Source: Eremomyces bilateralis CBS 781.70
Lineage: Eukaryota
Assembly: GCA_010015585.1 (NCBI GenBank)
Contig: ML975167.1
DNA: 52,483 nt
Strand: one strand, 5' to 3'
This document shows, piece by piece, positions 10,540-21,004 of this stretch. Under the pieces are notes generated by a model. The model saw nothing but the letters and a program-made list of their open reading frames with translations, was not told the DNA's origin and ran no database searches. The number at the start of each line of letters is the position of its first letter. The stretch's first letter is position 1. The translations under genes were made by a program, and so were the position numbers.

Positions 10540-13435
10540 ATGGAGCCCATGGAGCCGTCGCTGCTGATACCAGCTCATGAGGAGTACGTAGGAGGGGTCT
10601 TCCCGGATCGCTCTCTATCAGTACTCGCAGTAACAGCGATTATGATAACGTTGGCGGCAGTGTTTGTCCTCTTCCGCATGGCTTCTAGAGTTGGCATAGT
10701 CAAAAAGTTGGGATGGGACGACTACTTCATGATACTAGCCTTGGTAAGCCTTTGCATCACTCCCTTCGGCTATGGATCGGCGGTGCTAACGGAAAACCAC
10801 CATAATAGGTCATCGCATTTGGCATGTCCTTTTCAATATGCTATGCGACGAGATGGGGGCTCGGGCGGCACGACATCAATATTCCGTTCGAATGGTTTTC
10901 GCTGTTAAAAACCCTTGAGTATATCTTTACGGTGCTTTATGTGGGCCTACCTTGTATGAGTTCAAAAGCGCACATCGCTGACTTGCTTTACAGCAACCAG
11001 CGTTAATGGCCTCGAAGACGTCAATCCTGATATTCTACCTGCACCTATCGAAAGGCAACAGTCTCATCTGGTGGCTTACCATTGTGACAATGGTCGTAGT
11101 CAACACCGTCGGGTTTGCATTGACTATGCTCAGCGTCTTTCAATGCCGCCCATTGAAATCTATATTCGACCCGCGTATAACCGCATCGACGTGCATCGAC
11201 ATTTTATCACTTTATCTCTCATCATCACCACTAAACCTGATCACGGATCTCGCGATGCTCTTTCTTCCGATGCCGCTCCTGACGGGCATGCGGCTACCAA
11301 GGAAACAGAAGATCATCCTGATCATCACCTTTGGTTTTGGCCTTTTTGTGACGGCCATAGATGTCGTGCGCGTGGCGTATCTCCAGCAGGCGTTGGAAAC
11401 TCGACTCCAAGAAGCACACGACCACCCTGAAGATCAGAGTCCCAACAACTATCTCAACTTCCACTGGTATGCCGCACTCTCATACATGTGGAGTGCTGTT
11501 GAAGTGAATGTGGGAATAATGTGCGGATGCGTGCCAGCACTAAAGCCGCTTGCGTCGAGGTTTTTGCCGCGCGTCCTTCGTGATGATCGCTCTCCATCCA
11601 CTGAGGTTCCTGGTCTCACATTGCAGACTGCACGCAAGGCATCCGAGCAGAACGATTTGCAACCAATGGTGTCGGAGCCGGAGCAAGTACTCAATGCTGA
11701 GAGGGCAGTAGACGAGCCAATGGGGATGATGGACTTCATCGATACTCCTAATCTGAACCAACTCCCTTCGGGGGTGAGGCCGTCGATAGCATCAAACGCA
11801 TATCATCGACCCGAGGCGGCGACGCCAAGGGCGAGCGTCGCTGATGATACATTTTACGGCTTCATCGACATACAGCAGAGACGAAAGCTTGTTAACTTGA
11901 CGGCCCGCCAGTCGCTATTCCCAATAACCATGGTTACGATCTTGTTCTTTTTGTGGGGTTTCGAGTACGGACTCATAGATGTTCTTAACCGCCAGTTTCA
12001 ACAGGCAGTAGACATGTCTGATGGGCAGCTCGTCGCCCTTCATTCTGCCTATTTCTCCGGCTATTTCGTCGCTCCCCTGACGTTCGGTCGAATAATTTTG
12101 AAGCGGTTGGGTTTCAAACCGTGCTTTCTGGCTGGACTTTTCATCTATGCCTGTGGGATCCTCGTGTTCTGGCCCTCTGCGGTGCTCACATCATTTCCAG
12201 CTCTAATTATCTCGAACATCATCGTCGGTATGGGGCTTGCGACATTGGAGGTTGGGGCAAACCCATTCATCGCACTTTGCGGGCCGTCTGCATATGCGGA
12301 GGTAAGACTCAGCATCTCGCAGGGAATTCAAGCAATCGGCAGCCTTGTCAGTCCTCTCCTCGCCGAGCGAGCTCTCTACAAAGTCGTGGCAGACAAGCCA
12401 TCTCTTATCGACGCTCAATGGGCCTATCTCGGTATTGCACTGTTTACCGTCCTCCTTGCCGTCGTCTACTACTACCTCCCGCTTCCGGATGGCACCGACG
12501 AGGACTTCGAAACGGCTCCACCCTCTCGAAACGCCGCCTTTCCTGACCATACAGAAGTACGCATCCCATTCCTCGACCGATGGACCTGTATTGGGCGCAT
12601 ACAAATCGTGACTCTAACCGCTATTCTCGGCGTCGGGTCCCTGTTCTTCTACTGCGGTGGCCAAGAAGCGGTCTCCACGTCCATCGTCACATACATTAAT
12701 CTGCTCCATCCCTTCCGAACCCTCACCATTTCAGGCTACCAATCCATATGCCATGGCATATTTGCGTTTGGTCGCTTCCTCGCCGCAGGCCTCATCTACT
12801 TCATCAAGCCGCGCCGCATCCTCCTCTCCTGCTTCCTAGGAGCATTGATTTTCTCCATCTGCGCTATGAACTTCCGTGACATCAATGACGGTGTCCCATC
12901 CGTAACTTTCATCGTCCTAATCAGCTTCTTTGAAGGCCCAATCTTCTCTATCATATACGCCATGGCAATCCGTGGAACCGGGAAACACGTCAAGATGACC
13001 AGTACGTTCCTCACGGCCGCTATCTCCGGGGGTGCTTGTTTGCGTCCGATCATGTTTGTCGCATTTCTTCGCCATGATGCGCTTTATAGCTACTGGGTTG
13101 TCGTCATGGCGTTCGCGTGTGGGACTGTGTTTCCCTTGTGGCTGTGGCTGGATCCTCGGCCGAAGAAGATCGTGGACCCTGGTCAGAGGCTGTGTGATTG
13201 CTCGGCGTTGAGGAAGCCGAAGGGACAGGACGAACGGAAGGGTAAGATGCGAGAGCAATGCGGAAGTGGGAACGTCAATGCCGCGAGGGGTCCCGAGCCG
13301 AGGGGACAGGAACCGAGTGAGAACATCTTTGAGAAGGACTGGGCTCTACCTTTCCGCCAGGGGCAGGAAGATGTAGAGCATAGTGGTGGATCGAGCAGGT
13401 CACGGGACCATGGCTCACATGAGCCATCGGAATGA
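10540..13435 (+). CDS. Fusion of PTH11-like (fungal rhodopsin-like 7-TM) domain and L-fucose:H+ symporter (FHS/FucP-type MFS) domain, ~925 aa
   Basis: Exons 10540-10743, 10809-10940 and 10994-13435. N-terminal PTH11 motifs: LGWDDYFMILA, GLGRH, KTSILIFY, FQCRP, NLITDLAMLFLPMP, WSAVEVNVGIMCGCVPALKP. C-terminal FucP motifs: LFFLWGF..GLIDVLN, LATLEVGANPF, RLSISQGIQAIG, FFYCGGQE, FFEGPIFSIIY. The domain junction lies inside one exon. Confidence 0.9.
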
Positions 13436-13745
13436 TTCGTTTGCTTTGGTTGCTTTGGCTGTTTTGGCGTATGTTTACTTTTTGGTATAACACACAGCGT
13501 TGGATGGAAGCGTTTTGTCTGCACTGAATACCCCCTCCTTGAATTTACTGATCGTTTACACATCTTTGTTTTAATCTTCACAACACCACACCAGTCTTCT
13601 TGTCTACTGTGCGTAGCTGTCTACCATTCTGGACACTACAATGAAAACAGTTCGCATTTAAGAGGCGCCCCTGGCTCCTTCGAAATTGAACAACCCCCAG
13701 TGAAAACTTCCTGGGAATCCATAATCCATATTGACCACGGTCAGA

Positions 13746-14749
13746 ATGGCTGACTCAGCAAGCTATCCCTGTTAATCACTCGACGGGCAATGCTGAATCC
13801 TCATTCAAAGCACTTGCACCCTCCTTTCGTCCTAAGCACCCTTCATATTCCGCAAACGATCGGCGTGTTGACTTCGGTTGCATCAACTTCCGTCACCGGG
13901 GTTACCCTGACTGCGAGAATATCCTGTTCTGTTTACCGCAACTGGACAGTGCAACGGGCGGCATCCATCATGAGACTGTGAGGATTTCATGCGCCATCGT
14001 GGCTGAATGTGCTTGGGACAGATACTTCACTGAAACGAGAGGTGAGCCGAGATCAGTTAGGATAGTTGCCTTAGAGCAAAGGGTTACTACTTCTATGTCC
14101 CATCAGACAGCATTTCGATTAAAGGTTAGTTCATACCCAACCAAGGATAGGTGGCAGTGTTGATTAAGGCAAAACAGGTGATACCTACCGCGTTGTTCCG
14201 TTATTCGAACAATTTGAGTTCCCCCACAACGATCTCCCCCCAAGTTGGGAAATCCTGAAACGGCAACCCAGATCGCCAGTAAACGCTCAGACAAAATTTC
14301 AAAGGCAATATGTGATATTAATGAACCGGACCTATGGGATTACTGCGGTTACCCTCATCCCGAAGTCTCGACAAACGTGGTACTTGACGCACAACATGAA
14401 CCAATACCACCGTTTGACAATGGCTGCACATTATTTCTCTGTGCAGATATCAATGAGCAATACCGTGAGAAGCGCATAGTGATCGTGCCAAAGGCGGGGA
14501 CATAGGTTGTTCATGTCTTCAAAACAGAATAGCAACTCGACATCATCCAGCAGTACCACAATGTCACCGCATATCCGCTTCAGTACATCAATATCGAGTA
14601 CTTGTTCGCTCGGTCCGCTTTCACTGGGCTGGACTATTGCCGATTCATTCGACAAGGCAGCAATCGAGATCTACTATTCGGACGGACACTGGATGTCGCA
14701 CGCCATATACAACGAGTCCCTGGTAGTGGAAGTTTGGGGATTGCTATGA
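13746..14749 (+). pseudogene. Decayed fungal HNH-nuclease-domain (HNH_2-like) gene
   Basis: Colinear family-like blocks occur across shifting frames: INFRHRGYPDCENILFCLPQLDSATGGIHHETVRISCAIVAECAWDRYFTETR / DSCLRAKGYYFYVP / (intron 14125-14177) DTYRVVPLFEQFEFPHNDLPPSW / TLIPKSRQTWYLTHNMNQY / LFLCADINEQYREKRIVIVPKAGT*VVHVFKTE*QLDIIQQYHNVTAYPLQYINIEYLFAR / WTI. There are several frameshifts and in-frame TAGs at 14503 and 14530. Confidence 0.7.
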
Positions 14750-15969
14750 AGTTGATAAATGCAATGTCGGAACAAGAGCTATAATTGGAACGCATCTACC
14801 TTGGTGAGCGGGTGCAAAGCCGCAAGAGGAAGAGGGAGCTGGAGGTGGTAGTGAAATCGGAGGAAGACAAAGAGAAAAACCGGAGGAAACTACCTGGGGA
14901 GAGGGATTTCTGATCCCTAGAGGCACTGATGGTTGGAAGGGAAGCATGGCACACAGTCGGATTCTCAGTTTTTGATCCAGAAAGAGTGGTTAGCACACGA
15001 ATTGTGTTTATGTTCAGTCAACCCTGGCATATCAGTACCTGTAAAATACCCTTACTCAGACCAGTCTTGTTTGATGATGTAGGAATAAAACGAAACGGAA
15101 ATCGATCACACCTAAGTTGTCCTCGCTCACTACTTACGGCATGGAAACATGATATCTGTACTTTAGTCAAACTGGCGCTTGGTGTTAACAACTTTAGTAC
15201 CATACCCGAACGTCCGCCAAATCACGAGCTGGAGTCGCCATATTCATTCACTGAATCTCGATCTTGCTGCTCGGTGGTCCGGTAGTGTCTTGAAGCTAAT
15301 AGACAGACAGTCCTAGCTGCATTATACTACTATAATAATTGATCTCTCTAGGCGAAGTGTGGGTTCTTGGAGCGCTGTGCTGAACAGGTCATGCAAAGGT
15401 GTATCAAAAAGGAAGTCAGGTCGGGTTGAGTACTCAACTCCGTGGTTGCCTGTCATGCTCTGCCTCATCTTAGATGAATATGTGCTGGTCTAAACTATAA
15501 ACGGTTTAGACACTGATACAAATCTGATGAATTCACTCAGCAGGCAACAGGAAGGCAATTATAAGTTCATTCAAGTCAATTTTAGTAACGAAGTGCATGC
15601 ATGGCTATTGGAGCTCAGGGTGGGGACTGGATAGAGCTGGTCATAACCCCTCCTTAATTGTTCTCTTACTGTATATGCCACACAATTTTTTCAGGTTCCG
15701 AGTGCGAATCCAGTTAACGACACTTTTTATTTTTACAAAAACTTAGGTTCTAAAGAAATCGAGGCAGTCAACTGACTAAAAGGGATCAAAAAGCTTAGTG
15801 CCGAGCGATGCGTAGAGTGCTTCAGAGGAAGATAACTAAGGTATCATTACGGTTTAGAAACGAAAAATAATAATCTATTGTCTAGCGGATTGGTCCCTCG
15901 AACGCTCAATGAAAAGATAGAAGCCGAAAAGATGTATGGCACACACAAGTCGTCAATGAAACTTGACGC

Positions 15970-17356
15970 TTAATCGTAACAGAAACAATAAGGGAAGCCA
16001 GACATGGTATCTAGAGCTGCTCGAATTGTCGTCGACTCGCCAACCAAGTCCGCGCCAATTACATCATCCAACATGGCGTTAGGACTCGGTGGCTCATTTT
16101 TCCGGGTCCTCGTGCCGTGAACGACGTTCAACCGGTTTGCATTGTCCAATTCTTGATTCTGCCATGTCCAAAACACTCGATCCAGCATGGTGTGGTGAAA
16201 CCAGAACGCCGGGTCGGCGGGAGAGGTATAAAAGTCCGAGCCGGGGTCGCCGCCGATGGTGAAGTGGCCGGCGCCGTGAATGCCGGGTATGTTTCGGCTT
16301 GCGATGCCGTTGAGAAACGCTTGGTAATCCTCGATTGTCTGGGGCTCGGAGATGGCGCGAGCAACGTCGCTGTCTTTCAGGGCAGCGGTGGAAACCGCGG
16401 GATTGAGGTCGCGACGGATGCAGCGAGGGTTGTAGGCGTAGCCGTCCTCGCGATCGTTCATCTTGATGTTGTCAAGTTTCGTGGAGACGGGCCCGAGGTT
16501 GACCTTCCAGCTGTTCACTGTGTTAGAGCAATTGGGCACAACTGGAGATCCGATATATGTTGCACGTACTCTTTGAATGGACCATTGGTGATGCAACCGC
16601 CACCTCCCTGGTTCGAGACTGTTAGAAGTGGTGGATCGCCAATTTCGTAGGCAGTGTAGTTGTCATATAAGCCAGTCCCACCAAGGCTTAAGTCGCTTCC
16701 GTCAAAGACAGGAGACTTTCTTGGGTCGTCGCTGTGCCTAGCCCAATTCCAATACTGAGTCCGGATTAGAAGGTGTAGGATAAGCTGATTAAGGGAAGAT
16801 TTACTGGTTGGTAGCCTTCATACCCGCATTCATTTCGAAGAGCTGACTCGAATAAGAAAATAAAATGCCGGTGCCATGTCAAGAAGTTGCCCTATTGCTC
16901 ATCAGATTATGAGGGTCCAGTAATACATCTCAGTCTAGCCTACAGTATCATGAATGGTCTGTGACTGGTCCATATGCGCAAAGACAAAGTCATCGTATCG
17001 AGTCCTGGCGCCTGGCACTTTGGCGGGATCTAAGGTAGTAGGAAGATTTCCCAAGCACTTGACCGCGTCGATGTAACTTTGCCTCTCCGTGGGCTCCAAG
17101 TATCCCCTATAGTCTTCGATCAGTCTGTGGCAACGGAGGAGGTTGAAGAAATATCTCACCATTCCCTTCGCCGAGCAGCGTTCTGAACTCCGCAACTATT
17201 ATTGGTCCCAACCGGTGAGACATCCCTCGCGAACACGTTCCCACGTGCACGCATAGCGAGCCTATCAGTCTCTAAAAATGAACTGGAAAAAACACCTTGA
17301 GCGAAAACAGTCTGGGCTGCAGAAAGCAGGGACAACGAAAGAAATAGTCGCACCAT
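15970..17356 (-). CDS. Secreted tyrosinase / di-copper centre protein
   Basis: Five exons. Signal peptide MVRLFLSLSLLSAAQTVFA; RRREW; YIDAVKCL; CuA site FVFAHMDQSQTIH..GNFLTWHR; PYWNW; GGGCITNGPF; NPRCIRRD; CuB site IHGAGH...SPADPAFWFHHTMLDRVFW. There is no C-terminal shielding domain. Confidence 0.92.
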
Positions 17357-18483
17357 CGTACCGACTAAAAGGGAATGAACTAAAACGCGAGAATTGATAC
17401 AAACCCGAGAACCGGCCCCGCGATAGAGAGAAAAAAAAGTCTACAGGAAAACTCTACATAATTGGGGATGAAAGCGCCATTAAATCTACTTCAAGGACGC
17501 CGAGAACGAAGCAACACGCTAAGCGGATGGATGAAGTCTCCAAGACGGAATCTGTAGATGTTGAAACGTCCATATACCCAGATTGGCTTGTCCCTTCACG
17601 ATGCGGATCCTTGGCCTTGTCGATCATCGGTAGATTTGGCGAATGGACACCACATGTACCTGAATAACCTCTCTCTAGTCCTGCATCATCTAAGCCACAA
17701 CAGCTGTCGCAATATAGGAACTCCCGTCTTTGTATCCGTACGCAGACGGTCGTTTATCGCCCACGTGGAAACAGAGAATCTAATACGCTAGGGAGGCGAA
17801 AACCTCCATGATGACTGCTAAGGCAATTGCAATCTCACTCTAACATTCCGAGAGAATAAATAGGCATCGGTACTCCGTACGGAGGTACAGAAAGGAATCA
17901 AGTCCCTGCGTCTCCGACTTTACAATACCCCGACAGACGACAGAAAAGCCATTAGGTCAGCGACAAAGTTGCAGCATTGAACCATCTTCCGTGCGCAAAA
18001 TGATGACATGCTTCTTCAAGACAGGGAATACCATGCCAGGTAGTTTGACTCCGTCAAGCGGCGCAAACTGTTTTTAAAATCCATAGGGACCGTTATTGGG
18101 CTCAAGTCTGTGTCTTGCTGGGGAGCGGAAGTTGTACTGAGCGTTGATCCACGCGTTCGAACTCCGAACAGGAGGCAAACCACCACGCGCTGCGCTGGAT
18201 CTGAAAGATAGAGACTATGTCCACCCTGTACTATAATAATTAAGCCTGTGTGAGATGAAATTGCGCGCCAATATCTGCGATGGATTCTCAACCATTTGAC
18301 AGAGTAAAAGTCGACGACGGCAAGGTGTGGCATCGTATTGATCATGATGCCGACGAGAGCTGCCACAGTGCCAAGACAACCTACAAGCCACTGCGGTGGC
18401 TGGACAGTTTCCGAATTCAGGGGCTTCTGCTCGGCTGGGTGTCAGGGGTTCCCCAATTTCTCCACGCCCCAACTTTAATGGCA

Positions 18484-18489
18484 CCTCGG
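18484..18489 (+). promoter_or_regulatory. CCTCGG (FarA/FarB-type core) upstream of SDR
   Basis: Exact CCTCGG ~175 bp upstream of ATG 18663. A hexamer, so weak on its own. Confidence 0.35.
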
Positions 18490-18662
18490 CTCCAGGTTTA
18501 CATTCTCGCAACAACACGGCAAGCCGTGAACCCCGCCGAAAGATGCCGTCCTATTGTACTTATTGATCTAGACGAGATCTTAACATTGTACTTTCTTCAG
18601 AGTTCAGTGGGTGTATTACGTGATAGCCATCGATCGACTAGACATTTCTTGAAATCCCCAAC

Positions 18663-19782
18663 ATGACCTCCCAAGCCAACCTCGGGGTTCCGAACCTCTT
18701 CAACGTTCGCAACCATGTCTGTCTCGTTACTGGTGGAGCGAGCGGCTTGGGCGAGATGGCCGCTCAGGCCTTCGTCCAGAACGGCGCACGAGTGATCATC
18801 GCCAGCCGGAAAGAGGCTGAGTTGAAAAAGGTAAACATGTTCCATCGCGAAGCGGTCCGCCCTGCTGATTTCCATCGAAAGGTCACCGCTCGATTAAATG
18901 GTCTTGGGCCAGGACGATGCGAATACATCGTTGCAGACCTCAAAGACAAGGCGGGATGCCTCGCTTTTTGTAGCGAAGTTGAGAAGAGGACCGATAGAGT
19001 AACTCTTCTCCTGAACAACTCTGGCGCTACGTGGGGCGCACCTTATGAAGACTTCCCGGAGAGCGGCTGGGACAAAATCATGGCCTTGAACGTCAAGGCG
19101 ATTTATTATAGTATGTTGTCCAACGGGATCTGTTCAAATAGAGTACTAACATAACCTCAGCTACTGTTGGGTACGCTAAGGCTTCCTATTTAGCTAAAGA
19201 AAAAATCTAACCCAGATTTAGCTTGGAGGCACTCCTTAAGAAGGGCGCAACTGCGCACAATCCGAGCGCGATCATCAACATTGCATCAATGGCTGGTGTC
19301 CAGACCACCGATGTCACCTCTACGGAAGAGGGCGGCCTCTCCGCTCCCGGTCACGGACCTTTCAGCTGTAAGTCTCTTTTAACCCGTCGAGTCTCATCTG
19401 CTCATCAAGATATAAGACGGCCCATCCAAGGCTGCCTGTATCCATCTGTCCAAGCTCCAGGCTTCGAAACTCGCTACGAGGCACATCAATGTGCATTGCG
19501 TCTGCCCGTAAGTCGCCCGTCCGCTTGATTCGTACCCTTAAGCTCACCATTCACAGCGGCGTTTTCCCATCGCGCATGTCCGCATTCGGCCTGGAGAAGG
19601 CAGGGGATGCCCTGCTCTCACGACAGCCGACGGGACGTGTTGGAAAGCCGGAAGATTTTGCTGGACTGATCCTCTTTTTGAGCAGTGTTGCCTCCGCCCA
19701 TATGACCGGTGGCGTGTATGAGATTGACGGCGGCAGCACGCTGTCCGGATGGCGTTCCAACAAGAAATCGACGAAGTTGTAA
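18663..19782 (+). CDS. Short-chain dehydrogenase/reductase (RhlG-like classical SDR), C-terminus -KKSTKL
   Basis: TGGASGLG, LLNNSG, INIASMAG, spliced YGPSK catalytic motif, CPGVFPSRM, PTGRVG and DGG. Six exons including a 10-nt microexon at 19161-19170. Confidence 0.9.
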
Positions 19783-20020
19783 ATAATATTCTGCACCACG
19801 TTGCGACATAACGTGCAATTAAGTTGGTTGTACCATACAAACGCATCCCCTATTGCCAGTGAGACGTCAGTACTATGTTGCAATTGGAAACCACGGTTTC
19901 AGGAACGAATTTTCAATTTGTTTGTACAATGAATTGAAATACGCAGACAGAGAGCTAATCCAGCAAGCCACAGCTGTCCTGGATTTTCTTACGCGCTACC
20001 CACTGCTGCTGCCCTTACTC

Positions 20021-21004
20021 CTAGGCGCCAGAAGGGGGAGCAAGGCCACCGAGACCACTGCCGCCGGAGAGACCACCGAGGCCACCAGAGAGGCCACCGA
20101 GTCCGCCGCTGAGGCCACCAAGTCCGCCGCTCAGGCCACCGAGTCCACTACCCCCGGAGAGACCTCCAAGGCCGCCGCTAAGTCCACTGAGTCCACCAAG
20201 TCCGCTGCCACCAGAGAGGCCACCGAGGCCACCACTGAGGCCACCGAGTCCACCGCTGAGGCCACCGAGTCCGCCGCTCAGGCCACCGAGTCCACTACCC
20301 CCGGAGAGACCTCCAAGGCCGCCGCTAAGTCCACTGAGTCCACCGAGTCCGCTGCCACCAGAGAGGCCACCGAGGCCACCACTGAGGCCACCGAGGCCAC
20401 CGCTGAGGCCACCGAGACCGCCGGAGAGACCGCCGAGGCCTAAATCGGTGAGTAGATGTGATATGACGGTAGGTATGGAAGAACAAACCACCCGAGAGAC
20501 CACCCAGGCCACCTCCACTCAAGCCTCCGAGCAAGTCCCCGATGCCACCTCCTGAGCCTCCAAGGCCCCCAAGCAAATCCCCGATGCCACCTCCTGACGA
20601 TAAGCCTCCAAGGCCGCCGCTGAGGCCACCTGAGTTTTGGGTCAGCACTGTGCGCATCATTATCGACTGGATGCGCCAACGTACCTAGACCGCCAGACGA
20701 CCCGCCGAGTCCTCCGCTAAGGCCACCTGAAGTTCCATTAGCGCCCATGCACATCAACTGTCGACAGAACATCATTTACCAAGCCCACCGGACAGTCCAC
20801 CTGGAATATTATCAGCAAATGGATATTAGTGAGCAAGAGATTGTTCAAATACCAAGGCCAGAAAGTCCATCTACTAGGAGGTCAGTACAAGCATCCCATG
20901 TATATTAAGGGTCAATGCATACCCAACTGCCTCTTCTCGTTCTCGATCGGCGCAGCGGAGCCAAGCGCCGCCAGCACGGTCAACAGTGCTACGGAGATCT
21001 GCAT
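20021..21004 (-). CDS. Secreted Gly/Leu/Ser-rich repeat protein (240 aa) with signal peptide and Kex2 site
   Basis: Exons 21004-20923, 20870-20853, 20800-20780, 20726-20685, 20629-20489 and 20439-20021 total 723 nt. All introns are GT-AG and phase 1. Product: MQISVALLTVLAALGSAAPIENEKR|QLDGLSGLGGLSGGL...(GGLSGGL)n...APPSGA*. Confidence 0.85.
20040..20439 (-). repeat. Coding tandem repeat: 21-nt GGLSGGL units organised in a 147-nt higher-order unit (~2.7 copies)
   Basis: Identical segment tccactacccccggagagacctccaaggccgccgctaagtccactgagtccacc at 20144 and 20291 (offset 147). Confidence 0.95.

Noticed and set aside
17873..17884. Perfect palindrome CTCCGTACGGAG
   Set aside because: Single short element; TACGGAG-type motifs are common in mould intergenic DNA and no target can be assigned.
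19853..20443. Plus-strand A/T/E-rich ORF (ATEATTEAT...) resembling a mucin or antifreeze protein
   Set aside because: Antisense shadow of the Gly-rich gene. The minus strand has the signal peptide and five consistent introns; the plus ORF has no ATG start.
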